From the NCBI GenBank assembly GCA_963713865.1, contig OY970208.1, positions 2,560,001 through 2,624,000 of the forward strand: a DNA stretch of 64,000 nt. The letters run 5' to 3'. Source of the DNA: an uncultured candidate division Zixibacteria bacterium (lineage in GTDB: Bacteria > Zixibacteria > MSB-5A5 > RBG-16-43-9). The position numbers were made by a program, and so were the translations under genes. Under the pieces are notes generated by a model that was not told the DNA's origin, ran no database searches, and saw only the letters and a list, made by a program, of their open reading frames with translations. Position 1 is the first letter of the stretch. Each line of letters starts with the position of its first letter. Below are positions 47,733-59,700 of the stretch, one piece after another.

Positions 47733-49568
47733 ATGTCCTCAAGGCTTTATCTTTTCCTGTGTGCCGGTTTGATTTTTTTCTTTAGCGGTGTTATTTATCT
47801 TTTAACCCTCTCCCCTTCTATTTCTTTTATCGATACCGGGGAGCTTGCCACCGTTTGTTACACTCTGGGAATCGCTCATCCAACGGGCTATCCTCTCTAT
47901 GCTTTAATCGGAAGGATTTTCACTCTTTTATCCTTGGGAACCCCGATTTTCTCTCTTAATCTACTTTCTCTATTTCTTGTCAGTTTTGCTAACCTGATTC
48001 TATTTTTTCTTTTTCTTAAAATTCTGGAGCTTCTTTTCCCCGATGCAAAAAACAATCTGCTTCAATATCTTTCTTTTATCAGTGTTCTTATTTTCTCCTT
48101 CACCCCCACCCTCTGGTCTCAGGCAACCTCCAATGAAGTCTATGGCTTAACTCTCCTTCTAACCTCAATCCTTCTCTACCTGCTTCTCTCCCAAGTAAAT
48201 CTAAGAGCTCAGGATAAATCTATAAAATCTGAAAAGTTTTCTTATCTTTTCTTTTTTCTTTATGGTCTGAGCTTTGGCAATCACCTTTTCACCCTTCTAC
48301 TTTTTCCTGGATTTATCTTCCTTTTTTTCTCGACTTACGGAAAATCGATCTTTCAGCTAAAACGACTTTTTCTCTTCCTGTCTTTTTTCCTCCTGGGCCT
48401 TTCGATCTATCTTTATCTCCCTATTCGCTCCTCCTGTAACCCAATCCTGAACTGGGGAGAACCCTCAACCCTTTCAAATTTCAAACGGCATATCACTGGC
48501 TGGCAGTATCAGGTATGGATGTTCTCCGAGTCAGCCCAGGTGCTCTGGGACAATTTCAGAAGTTATTTACATTTATTCTACTCTCAGTTCCCTATTTATT
48601 TACTCCCCTGGATATTCTTAGGATTCGTATTCCTTTTGAAAAAAAATCTCCAACTCTTTGTATTTCTTCTTTTAATTTTACTCTTCAATATTCTCTATGG
48701 CATAAATTATGATATTGCAGATATAGACCCGTATTTTCTCCCCTCTTTTTTGGTTGCTTCAATCTGGATGGTATGCGGAATAGCATTTCTCTTCGAGTCA
48801 CTTTACCGAAAAAATAAAATCTTTCCCTCGCTCTGGCTGGCTTTAGCTGTTCTGCTTTTTATTCTCCCTTTACTCAACCTTTTCCGCAATTACTCAAAAC
48901 AGGATCAGAGCAAAAGCTATTTTGCTTACGATTATGCTGAAAATATTTTAAGGTCAGTCAAAAAGGACCCAATCATACTGACCAAAAACTGGGACCATTA
49001 TTCCCCCTGGCTCTATTTAAGATTTGTGGAGAATAAAAGGCCGGATGTAAGATTTTTAGATACTGAGCTATCAAGAAGGAGCTGGTATCTAAATTATCTA
49101 AAAAATAATTACTCAGAACTATACAACAAATCCGAACAAGAGATAAACCGTTTTCGAGAACAGGTCTATTTATTTGAGAACAGAAAACCTTACGATCCGA
49201 ACGTTATTGAAAAAAGTTACGTGGATATGATCTCGAGTTTTCTTTCGAAAAACTATCCAGAAAAACCTCTTTATTGTGACCTTATGGTGGATAATAAATT
49301 CTTCAGCTCTTTCATCCAGTTTCCGGAAGGGATCCTTTTCCGGCTTCAAAAAGATTTAGGATATTATCCCTATCTTTTCCCGGACATTGAACTGCGTGGC
49401 ATAGTAGATGAAAAGATTTTCAAGGATGAAAGAACCCTGTTCAACCTTCAGGGTTATCCACAGGTCATCAAAGACCGCATCGCCTATCTTCTATATTTCA
49501 AGCAGGATTCTTTAGCCCAGGATTTAGGGGAAAGATACAGAAGTCTTTTAAGCCAGTCATATAGATAA
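47733..49568 (+). CDS. DUF2723 / TMEM260-like GT-C membrane glycosyltransferase
   Basis: DTGEL, GIAHPTGYPLY, WSQAT.NEVY, GNH, YLPIRS..P..NWG; multi-TM. Confidence 0.85.
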   Translation: MSSRLYLFLCAGLIFFFSGVIYLLTLSPSISFIDTGELATVCYTLGIAHPTGYPLYALIGRIFTLLSLGTPIFSLNLLSLFLVSFANLILFFLFLKILELLFPDAKNNLLQYLSFISVLIFSFTPTLWSQATSNEVYGLTLLLTSILLYLLLSQVNLRAQDKSIKSEKFSYLFFFLYGLSFGNHLFTLLLFPGFIFLFFSTYGKSIFQLKRLFLFLSFFLLGLSIYLYLPIRSSCNPILNWGEPSTLSNFKRHITGWQYQVWMFSESAQVLWDNFRSYLHLFYSQFPIYLLPWIFLGFVFLLKKNLQLFVFLLLILLFNILYGINYDIADIDPYFLPSFLVASIWMVCGIAFLFESLYRKNKIFPSLWLALAVLLFILPLLNLFRNYSKQDQSKSYFAYDYAENILRSVKKDPIILTKNWDHYSPWLYLRFVENKRPDVRFLDTELSRRSWYLNYLKNNYSELYNKSEQEINRFREQVYLFENRKPYDPNVIEKSYVDMISSFLSKNYPEKPLYCDLMVDNKFFSSFIQFPEGILFRLQKDLGYYPYLFPDIELRGIVDEKIFKDERTLFNLQGYPQVIKDRIAYLLYFKQDSLAQDLGERYRSLLSQSYR

Positions 49569-49576
49569 AAAATAGT

Positions 49577-49823
49577 GTAGGGGGCAGGTTTGAAACCTGC
49601 TCCCTACAAACTATCCATTAAAACAGTAATTCTCTGTATATGTTTGACATTACGACAAATCCAATCGTAGGGGTTCAAATTTTTGAACCCCTACTGCAAC
49701 GATCACCGTTACGTCTAACATTTCTGCTGGATGATAAAAACTAAACGTCCGACACAAAGGTCGGACGTTACAAAACATTATTTTAGGGAAGGGGCATAGA
49801 GACGCATGGCGATGCGTCTCTAC
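49577..49823. repeat. REP-like palindrome cluster between convergent genes
   Basis: gtagggggcaggtttgaaacctgctccctac; gtaggggttcaaatttttgaacccctac; aacgtccgac..gtcggacgtt; agagacgcat..atgcgtctctac. Confidence 0.8.
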
Positions 49824-49827
49824 ATAT

Positions 49828-50598
49828 CTATCTTTTTTTCTTCTCTAAACCCAATTTCTCCTTTGCCAGTTTAGCCTCAGCCGAGTCTGGATATTTAGTT
49901 ATCACCTCTTTGAAATAGCGGTTGGCTCTGAGCTGATTTTTCAGCTCTTCATAACAGAGCCCTATCTTATAAAGTGCACTGGGAATTTTATCCGAAGCGG
50001 GGAAATTCTGCAACAGCTTCTGAAATTCATCCAGGCTCCGGTTATAATCCTCCCTGGCAAAATAACACTCTCCCAGCCAGTATTGAGCCTTATCTGCCGA
50101 TTTGCTCTTGGGAAAGTAGCTTAGAAACTCCGAGAACCCCTGAATGGCTAAGTCGTAATTCTTTTTGGCAAAATCAAGATAAGCCTGATCATACAATTTC
50201 TGAGGGTCTACGCTAACCTTTGCTTTCAGAGAGTCCGGGATTCCGGTAGTATCTGCTGGAGCAAGCTCTTCTTTTTCCATCTTGCGGAACAATTCGGAGA
50301 AACGGTATCCGGAATCTTCTACCCTCCCTTGTAACATCCCAAGCCTTTCATCGATCGAGCTTAAACTTGAGGAAAGATCAGCTTTGAGCCTCTGGTTCTC
50401 CTCTAACTGTATCCTCAACAAGCTATCCAGGGTAGCAACATCTCTTTCCAGTCGGTGATTACTCGCTTCCAGATAATCAAGCTTTTCCTGAAATCCTACA
50501 ATCTCCCTTCTTGAAACACAGCTTGAGATAACAAGAAGTAAAAGAAGAAATAGAAATCCCCTTCTCCGACTCCATATTCTGATTTTAAAATATCTCAT
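49828..50598 (-). CDS. cpoB: Tol-Pal TPR/coiled-coil protein CpoB (YbgF), lipoprotein
   Basis: ISSC lipobox, coiled coil, TPRs (AQYWLGECYF, ALYKIG, YPDS); follows pal; exact start uncertain. Confidence 0.88.
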   Translation of the reverse strand: MRYFKIRIWSRRRGFLFLLLLLVISSCVSRREIVGFQEKLDYLEASNHRLERDVATLDSLLRIQLEENQRLKADLSSSLSSIDERLGMLQGRVEDSGYRFSELFRKMEKEELAPADTTGIPDSLKAKVSVDPQKLYDQAYLDFAKKNYDLAIQGFSEFLSYFPKSKSADKAQYWLGECYFAREDYNRSLDEFQKLLQNFPASDKIPSALYKIGLCYEELKNQLRANRYFKEVITKYPDSAEAKLAKEKLGLEKKKR

Positions 50599-50664
50599 CC
50601 TGCGGATCTGTTTACAGATAAGTAAACACCTCCTAACAGTTTTTTTAAATCTATCCAAAACTTA

Positions 50665-51177
50665 TTACTTGGAAACGATTACGAAATCATCCCTTCGATT
50701 TTTAGACCAGGCTTCTTCATTTGAACCGGGATACAAAGGCTTTTCCTTGCCATAGCTGATTGTCGAGATCCGGGATGGGTCAACCCCTAAGTCCACCAGA
50801 TAATCCATGGCTGATCTGGCTCTTTTCTCACCTAAGGCTAAGTTATACTCTACAGTCCCTCTTTCATCGCAGTTCCCTTCTATCCTGATTTTAACCTGAG
50901 GGTTATCCTTTAAGAGCTGGGCGTTCTGATTTAAAGCCTCTTTAGCATCCTGACGGACGAAATATTTATCAAAATCAAAATAAATCGGTCCAAGTTTGAT
51001 CTCCACCGGCTCTGTTACTTTTTTCTCTTCAACTGGCGGGGTCGGTTTTACCTCTGGTTTTGGCTCTTCCTTGGGAGCTGGCTGTTCAACTGCGGGTTTT
51101 ATCTTGGTACCCTGCTTACATCCCCAGCAGAAAGCCAGGATAAAAACCCCTAATAGAATCACTAAAACACTTCTCAC
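50665..51177 (-). CDS. pal: Peptidoglycan-associated lipoprotein
   Basis: Lipobox WGC; IYFDFDK, EGNCDERGT.EYNLALGEKRA, SYGKEKP, NRR. Confidence 0.97.
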   Translation of the reverse strand: MRSVLVILLGVFILAFCWGCKQGTKIKPAVEQPAPKEEPKPEVKPTPPVEEKKVTEPVEIKLGPIYFDFDKYFVRQDAKEALNQNAQLLKDNPQVKIRIEGNCDERGTVEYNLALGEKRARSAMDYLVDLGVDPSRISTISYGKEKPLYPGSNEEAWSKNRRDDFVIVSK

Positions 51178-51217
51178 CTTACACCTCCTGGTAAAAGGTT
51201 ATAGTTAAATTTTTTGA

Positions 51218-51246
51218 ATTATAATTACATTCTCAAAAGTTGTCAA
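51218..51246 (-). promoter_or_regulatory. Internal consensus sigma70 promoter for pal-cpoB
   Basis: TTGACA-N17-TATAAT. Confidence 0.8.
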
Positions 51247-51377
51247 GTAAAATCGAAAAAGAAAAAGCATTTTTTAAATTCCTAAACCCGGTAGTCGCAG
51301 ACTTTAGTCTGCGTATTGATGTTGAGGGTGCCACCCTGTTATGAATTTGTCATTATCAATCTGTCACTTGTCATTCT

Positions 51378-52685
51378 TCAATATCTAAAAGACCAGGAAG
51401 GATTATAATTTCCTCCTCCGGAAGTAATGGCTTTCTGATTGGAACCATCCCAGTTCATAATGTAGACCTCATACTTTCCTGTCCGATTGGAGCTGAAAAC
51501 CAAGTGATACCCGTCCGGCGACCAGGAAGGATTTTCATTATTACCACCATAAGTAAGTCTTCTCAAATTCTCTCCGGTAACATCGATGGTGTAGACATCA
51601 AATCCTGAACTGGTTCGAACCACAAAAGCGATCTTATCCCCTTTTGGGGACCAGGCAGGTGAATCGCAGTAATCTAAATCATAAGTCAGCCTGCGGATGT
51701 TGCTTCCCTGAATATCCATAATATATACCTGGGGAGAGCCAGTTCGATCTGAAGTGAAGACTATCTCATTACCGTTTGGAGAAAAAGAGGGTGAGGATTC
51801 TATAGCAGAGCTATTGGTCAATCTTCGGATGATTTTCCCGGATTGGTCAATTAGATATATCTCCGGATTACCATCCTTGCTCAAAGTCAATCCTATATTT
51901 TTACCATCTGGAGACCAGGCTGGTGCAGAATTCAATCCTGCCTGAGAAGATAAAATCCCGTTCGTATTCGTTTGCAGATCCCTTATCCAGAGGTCTGGAT
52001 TCCCTTTTTTATAAGAAGTGTAAATGAGTTTTTTCCCATTTGGAGACCAGCGTGGTGACAAATCTATGGATTTATCCTCAGTGACCCTTTTAATATTAAA
52101 ACCGTCATAATCTGAGATATAAATCTCCTTATTACCGCTTCGAGTGGAGACAAAAGCAATCCTGGTATTAAAAATCCCCTTTTCTCCAGTTAACTCCAAA
52201 ACTAAATCATCCGAGATAGTATGAGCTAATCCTCTGTAATTACCTGAGGAGGTTTTATACGATTTCGAATAGACCTTTTTCCCTTTTATCACCTCATAGA
52301 GAGAAACCTCAGTTATTATCTCCTCGTCTCTTAGTTCCAGCTCACCGGCAAGAACCATCTGCACCCCTAACTTATACCAGCCTTCAAGATTCAAAGGATT
52401 ATCCCCAACCACTTCTTTTGTGAAAGAATCGATCTCCGCTACATAGAACAAAAGTGAGAAATCCAGGTTTTCTCTTATTATCTGAGGAACCTGGTAAGAT
52501 AATTTTTTTTCTTCAGCCGAAAACCCTTTTTTCTTAGGGGAAAAATCAGTAACCGCAATGTCCAGAGGCTCTGCCCCACCCACTGGCATCTTCATATATA
52601 TCTCAGTCTGGGCAGAAACAGTTTTAAAACTAATCAAATAAAAAAGGAGATATATTACTACCATCCAAAGCTTTAGCTTTCTCAT
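51378..52685 (-). CDS. tolB: Tol-Pal beta-propeller protein
   Basis: Signal peptide, AHTISD, TRIAFV, repeated P.WSPDG (PD40). Confidence 0.95.
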   Translation of the reverse strand: MRKLKLWMVVIYLLFYLISFKTVSAQTEIYMKMPVGGAEPLDIAVTDFSPKKKGFSAEEKKLSYQVPQIIRENLDFSLLFYVAEIDSFTKEVVGDNPLNLEGWYKLGVQMVLAGELELRDEEIITEVSLYEVIKGKKVYSKSYKTSSGNYRGLAHTISDDLVLELTGEKGIFNTRIAFVSTRSGNKEIYISDYDGFNIKRVTEDKSIDLSPRWSPNGKKLIYTSYKKGNPDLWIRDLQTNTNGILSSQAGLNSAPAWSPDGKNIGLTLSKDGNPEIYLIDQSGKIIRRLTNSSAIESSPSFSPNGNEIVFTSDRTGSPQVYIMDIQGSNIRRLTYDLDYCDSPAWSPKGDKIAFVVRTSSGFDVYTIDVTGENLRRLTYGGNNENPSWSPDGYHLVFSSNRTGKYEVYIMNWDGSNQKAITSGGGNYNPSWSFRY

Positions 52686-52697
52686 ATTTTTTTTAAT

Positions 52698-53396
52698 TTA
52701 AGGTAAAAATTCAAATTCCAGATGAATACCCAGCCACTCGCCTTTATATTCCTGTGGCAGAGGAGGTAAAGGGTCAGCGGAAAGTACTGCCCGAAGAGCT
52801 AACTGGTCAAAGATTGCAATCCCGGAAGAATTTTCAATCCTGGGTTCAACTATCTTTCCATTTTTCTGAATAATAAAGTAAATCATCGCTCTGATCGGAA
52901 GGTTAGTCTGTCTTAAAGGGTTAGTGAAATTCTCCCTGATCCTGCCAAAGGCAATATTCAGATAATAAGGTGATTCAAAATCCCCGCCTTCTACAAAAGC
53001 CGAGCCTAATCCACCACCTAAGGAAATTTCATAACCTTCTCCAGCTCCTTCCTTAGCAGAGGCACCTTTTCCTTCATCTTTTTTTGCTGAGACAGGAGTA
53101 GATTTTTTAGTCAGTTCTATTTTCTGCTGAGAAATTTTACTCTGCTTTTTTTTCTTTTGTTCAGTTTTTACTTCTTTTAAACCTATCCCTTCAGTTTTCT
53201 TGATTTCTCCAAGGGTAGCTTTTACCTCCTCCCCTTTTCCCCCTCCCATTCCACCTGTAGGTAGGCTTATCAATCCCACCCGGTAAACTTGAGGATACCC
53301 TTTTATCTGGTAATAAGCGGTAACTGGCACAAAAATAACCAACAATAGTATGAAAACGATATGAGAACTTAAGGAGATTATAATATCTTTACTCAT
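52698..53396 (-). CDS. tolA: TolA/TonB-family energy transducer
   Basis: TM with S..H motif, Lys-rich linker, SSG...FDQLALRAV...PLPPLP; operon position. Confidence 0.8.
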   Translation of the reverse strand: MSKDIIISLSSHIVFILLLVIFVPVTAYYQIKGYPQVYRVGLISLPTGGMGGGKGEEVKATLGEIKKTEGIGLKEVKTEQKKKKQSKISQQKIELTKKSTPVSAKKDEGKGASAKEGAGEGYEISLGGGLGSAFVEGGDFESPYYLNIAFGRIRENFTNPLRQTNLPIRAMIYFIIQKNGKIVEPRIENSSGIAIFDQLALRAVLSADPLPPLPQEYKGEWLGIHLEFEFLP

Positions 53397-53794
53397 TTTT
53401 TCATCTCAGGCTCAATAACCAACCCTAAGTCAGTTATACCCATCTCTTTAATCTTCCCCATGACCTCTACTACAAATCCATAAGGAACACTCGAATCCGA
53501 GCGGAGATATACCGCTTTAGCACCTTTCTTAGCTCTAAGACCCCCTAACCTCTGTTCAAATTTATTCAGAGGTGTGATCTTATCATCCACAAAGACCCTT
53601 TTCTCCTTGGTGATGGTAACTACAATCCCCTCCCCTAAGTCTTTCTGATTGGCAACTGTTTTAGGTAAATTAATATCAATTCCACTCTGCAACATAGGTG
53701 CAGTTATCATAAATATGATCAGGAGGACTAAAACCACATCCACCAAATTAGTTACGTTTATGTCGTAAAGTGCCGGATAGTGCCTTTTCTTCAT
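53393..53794 (-). CDS. tolR: TolR/ExbD
   Basis: INVTNLVDVVLVLLIIFMITAP. Confidence 0.92.
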   Translation of the reverse strand: MKKRHYPALYDINVTNLVDVVLVLLIIFMITAPMLQSGIDINLPKTVANQKDLGEGIVVTITKEKRVFVDDKITPLNKFEQRLGGLRAKKGAKAVYLRSDSSVPYGFVVEVMGKIKEMGITDLGLVIEPEMKK

Positions 53795-54525
53795 AAAATC
53801 CCTTCTTTTTTAGCGGAGGTAAGGAATTCTAAGGAAAAATTATCTATGTCTGTGGAGATGAATTTCAAACGGTTGTTGAAATAGTTATATCCTATGACTG
53901 CCGGGATAGCCACTGCTAAGCCGAAAATCGTGGCAATTAAAGCTTCTGCAATCCCGGGAGCAACCACGGCTAAACTGGCTGAACCCCTTACCCCTATGCT
54001 GGCAAAGGAATCCATAACACCCCACACGGTCCCTAAAAGCCCGAAGAAGGGACTTATATTCCCGGTGGTAGCTAAAAAAACCACGTACCTTTCCAGTCGG
54101 CTAATCTCTTCAGCTCCAACTCTATCTAAGGTCATCTTAACTAACTCAGTCTTTTTCCCAGAAGTAAGTTCCTCTTCCTTCCTGGGATTATCTAAATATT
54201 CTTTTTTAGAAAACTGCTCCGACTCTTTAAATCCTGCCTCTAACATTCGGGATAGAGGAGTTCGACGTAAAGTAGCACAGGCTAAATGCGCCTCAGATAT
54301 GGTCCTGCTCTTTCTGAATGCAGCAAGAAATCTTCTGGTTTCAGTTTCTACTTTCCTGAAAACCCTGAATTTATTTATAATTATTCCCCAGGAGATCACT
54401 GAGAAAACAAGTAAAATAACCAGAATAATTTTTGCAAAAATCCCTGATTCCATAACCATACGGATTACATTCCCCTTAAATGGAGCAGGGTCAGGAGCTA
54501 ATAATAAGAGGGTAAAAAGATGCAT
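53791..54525 (-). CDS. tolQ: TolQ/ExbB proton channel
   Basis: SPFFGLLGTVWG, VAPGIAEALIAT, AIPAV. Confidence 0.93.
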   Translation of the reverse strand: MHLFTLLLLAPDPAPFKGNVIRMVMESGIFAKIILVILLVFSVISWGIIINKFRVFRKVETETRRFLAAFRKSRTISEAHLACATLRRTPLSRMLEAGFKESEQFSKKEYLDNPRKEEELTSGKKTELVKMTLDRVGAEEISRLERYVVFLATTGNISPFFGLLGTVWGVMDSFASIGVRGSASLAVVAPGIAEALIATIFGLAVAIPAVIGYNYFNNRLKFISTDIDNFSLEFLTSAKKEGIL

Positions 54526-54750
54526 CGTTTTCCTTTCTTTAAAAAATCAAAGATTTTTTTGTTGACAATCGTAAAACATCTTATAAATTGAGCACAATAT
54601 ATTATACCCTGTCTGAAGTTAAAAGTTCAAACCGGTTTAAAGATAATACGAAAACCAGAAGGACAGGTCAAGAAAAAAAGAAAACTGAGAGAGAATCTAT
54701 CTGGATACCGAAATTTTAAAAAAAGAAACCAAAGGGAGGTGAGAACCTAA

Positions 54751-54912
54751 ATGAAGCGTTTGATTGCCTTATTGATTGCCCTTTTCATTAGCTTAGCAAT
54801 ATTTGCCAGCTGTGGGAAAAAGGAGGAGAAGAAGACAGAGGAAACTACCACCCAACAACAGGCTCCAGCTGAATCAACAGTTGCAGACACCACCGGTGGA
54901 GGTGGAAAGTAA
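54751..54912 (+). CDS. 53-aa lipoprotein, absent from the ORF track
   Basis: MKRLIALLIALFISLAIFASCGKKEEKKTEETTTQQQAPAESTVADTTGGGGK; GGGAGGTG RBS; lipobox FASC; own terminator. Confidence 0.85.
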   Translation: MKRLIALLIALFISLAIFASCGKKEEKKTEETTTQQQAPAESTVADTTGGGGK

Positions 54913-54936
54913 CATCTATCTTTGAATCGAAAAAAT

Positions 54937-54970
54937 TGGCAGTTCCGATCTCAACGGGACTGCCTTTTTT
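54937..54970 (+). terminator. Intrinsic terminator
   Basis: ggcagttccg-atctcaa-cgggactgcc followed by a T run. Confidence 0.8.
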
Positions 54971-55284
54971 ATTTTCCTTCTTCCTGTATTTGTTTTATGT
55001 TAGTCTGGAGACCAACATAGAATTGAATGCCGAGCCCTAAAGGCTTGGCTACGCGTCTTCTATGTCTTTTGCAGGGGTGTATTGCGATATGACCCTGCTT
55101 TCTTAAAAAAGCAAGGTTGAAACTTGGTCTTACCTATTTTTTATTTTATAAAAAAAATACTGCCTGGCGTAGAGCCCGACAATACAGTCGGTTTTAGCCT
55201 TTAGCCTCTTGACTTTTTTTATTTGACTTTGCCTGAAATCTTGAATAGATTATTATCAAACCTTATCCAAAACGGAGGAATAAA

Positions 55285-55521
55285 ATGGAAGAGCAACCCC
55301 AGGAAAAGGAAAAAGTAGAAGAAGAAAAGCCAAAATTAAAAGAGGAGAAAATCGGAAAGGAAAAACACGAAAGGTTAAAACATGAAAATGTGATCGAATC
55401 TCAATTCAAAGAAAGGATGAAAGATTTTCGAAGGGATATGGTCAAACATGGAAAACACCTTTTCGACCGCAAGCGGAAAGATAAATTCTTAGGCGGAACC
55501 AAAGGAAGAAGAGGTGGTTGA
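55285..55521 (+). CDS. Small, highly charged hypothetical protein
   Basis: GGAGG RBS; acidic N-terminus and basic C-terminus ending GGTKGRRGG. Confidence 0.7.
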   Translation: MEEQPQEKEKVEEEKPKLKEEKIGKEKHERLKHENVIESQFKERMKDFRRDMVKHGKHLFDRKRKDKFLGGTKGRRGG

Positions 55522-55604
55522 AAGTACTTTTTGGAATGTATCTGCCTGAGATGGATAGCTTTACCTTTTGGCAAATCTAAAGAGGATTTTAAAAAAACTT
55601 ACTC

Positions 55605-55687
55605 TGTCATTCTGGGGGAGAGTAGCGACCGAAGAATCTCATTAATAATAAGGAGTTTCTTCGTCCCCTACGGGGACTCAGAATGAC
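55605..55687. repeat. TGTCATTC...GAATGAC-type long imperfect palindrome
   Basis: tgtcattctg...cgaagaatctc / gagtttcttcg...cagaatgac; related half-copies near 3258-3295 and 7902-7940. Confidence 0.7.
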
Positions 55688-55738
55688 TCTCTATTAACAC
55701 TGGTTTTTCAACAGTCTAAAAGATTTGTTTTGCTTTAG

Positions 55739-57773
<2,035 letters not shown>

Positions 57774-57927
57774 ACATTACGCTCCTGAGGATGTTACCAT
57801 CCAGAAAAAAATGTTGAATGATAACATCCACCTTGAGTTCTGAGGACAGAACACTGTTCTGTCCCTACATTTAGATTCTTCAACCCTTGAACTTTTGAGC
57901 CTTTGAACCATTGAACCATTTTTAATT

Positions 57928-59634
57928 ATGAATAATCAGGATATAGCCAATATATTTTACCGCATCGCAGAGATTCTGGAGATCCAAGGAGAAAACCCTT
58001 TCAAGATCAGGGCTTATATTAAAGCTGCCCAAACTGTAGAAAGTTACACCAGAGAGCTTTCAGAGATCAAGGATACTGAGGAATTAAAAGAGCTTCCCGG
58101 TATTGGTGAAAAAATTGCACTGAAGATCAAGGAAATGATAGAAACCGGGAAATTGGAAATGTATGAAAAGCTGAAAAAATCCGAATTCGCTTCCTTGATT
58201 GCTCTTCTTGACGTGCCCGGAATGGGACCAAAACATGTAAGACTGGTTTATGATAAATTAGGAGTCAAAACCATCGACCAGCTTGAAAAAGCTGCCCGCA
58301 GGGGAAAATTAAGAGACCTCCCAGGTTTGGGAGAAAAAACTGAGCAGAATATCCTGAAAGGAATAGAACAGGACAGAAGACATAAAGAGAGATTTCCTCT
58401 GGGAGTCATCTTACCCAAAGCTGAGTCAATAGTTTCAGAGCTGAAAAAGGTAAAAGAGGTTAAAGATGTCTCTCTGGGTGGAAGTTTGAGGAGAATGAAG
58501 GAGACTATCGGAGACGTGGATATATTAGTCTCCTCTTCAAAACCGAAAAAAGTCTCTGATACTTTTATAAAATTACCAGAAGTGAAAAATGTTTTGTCTA
58601 AAGGTTCAACCAAATCCAGCGTCGTCACCAAAGATGGTTTTCAAATGGACTTAAGGGTCGTGAAACCTGAATCGTATGGTGCAGCCCTGCACTATTTCAC
58701 CGGTTCCAAAGCCCATAACATCAGGATAAGGTCTCTGGGTGTGGAGCGGGGACTGAAGATTAATGAATATGGTGTTTTTAAAGGTAAAAAGAGTATTGCC
58801 GGAAAAACTGAAGAAGAGGTTTTCAAGTCCGTGGGTCTTCCTTATATCCCGCCTGAGCTCAGGGAAGATTGGGGCGAGATCGAAGCAGCTCAAAAAGGTA
58901 AATTACCTCATCTTGTAGAATTAAAAGACATCAGAGGAGATTTGCATGTCCATTCCAACTGGACTGATGGCAGAAGCACCATCGAGGAGATGGCAAAAGC
59001 TGCACAGAAATTTGGTTATCAATATATAGCCTTATGCGACCACTCCCCCACCATCGGGATAACCAATGGACTTACTCCGGAAAGGATTGAAAAACGGAAA
59101 AAGGAGATCGATGAGCTGAACCGGAGATTCAAAGGTTTTTTCATCTTAAACGGGGCCGAGGTTGACATCAGGTCCAATGGTAAAATGGATTTTGAAGATG
59201 AGATTTTAAAGGAGTTAGACATAGTAATCGGAGCAGTGCATACCAAATTCACTCAACCCAAAGAGGAGATAACTAAAAGAATCATCCAGGCAATAGAAAA
59301 TTCAAATGTAGATATAATCGCCCATCCCACTGGAAGGCTAATTGGCAAAAGAGACCCTTATGAAGTGGATATGGATAAACTCCTGGATGCGGCTAAAGCC
59401 AATGGAAAGATTATGGAGCTGAACGCTTACCCGGACAGGCTGGATTTGAATGATTTGCACTGCAGAAAAGCCAAAGAGAAAGGAGTAAAAATCGCCATCT
59501 CCACAGATTCCCACTGGACCGAGCATCTAAGTTGGATAAGATACGGAATAGCCACCGCCCGCAGGGGCTGGCTTGAGCCAGAGGATGTGATAAACACCTT
59601 ACCCCTGGAAAAGTTGAGAACAGTTTTGAAATGA
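57928..59634 (+). CDS. polX: DNA polymerase X / PHP exonuclease
   Basis: GSLRR.KETIGDVDIL, DLR, YFTGSK.HN, DLHVHS, DHS, AHP, TDSH. Confidence 0.96.
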   Translation: MNNQDIANIFYRIAEILEIQGENPFKIRAYIKAAQTVESYTRELSEIKDTEELKELPGIGEKIALKIKEMIETGKLEMYEKLKKSEFASLIALLDVPGMGPKHVRLVYDKLGVKTIDQLEKAARRGKLRDLPGLGEKTEQNILKGIEQDRRHKERFPLGVILPKAESIVSELKKVKEVKDVSLGGSLRRMKETIGDVDILVSSSKPKKVSDTFIKLPEVKNVLSKGSTKSSVVTKDGFQMDLRVVKPESYGAALHYFTGSKAHNIRIRSLGVERGLKINEYGVFKGKKSIAGKTEEEVFKSVGLPYIPPELREDWGEIEAAQKGKLPHLVELKDIRGDLHVHSNWTDGRSTIEEMAKAAQKFGYQYIALCDHSPTIGITNGLTPERIEKRKKEIDELNRRFKGFFILNGAEVDIRSNGKMDFEDEILKELDIVIGAVHTKFTQPKEEITKRIIQAIENSNVDIIAHPTGRLIGKRDPYEVDMDKLLDAAKANGKIMELNAYPDRLDLNDLHCRKAKEKGVKIAISTDSHWTEHLSWIRYGIATARRGWLEPEDVINTLPLEKLRTVLK

Positions 59635-59700
59635 TTATGGAGTGATTTCGTAGTGCGACTGGGTGGGGGTGCCATCCCCAAACTTATTTGGGGATGTAAG

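Noticed and set aside
53894..54565. 223-aa ORF on the + strand
   Set aside because: Antisense shadow of tolQ with no recognisable motifs; the same applies to the many short antisense ORFs in copA, hyp, dcw, ligA and polX.
55703..55717. gtttttcaacagtct resembling an IS terminal inverted repeat
   Set aside because: No partner end or transposase in the window; too short to support.
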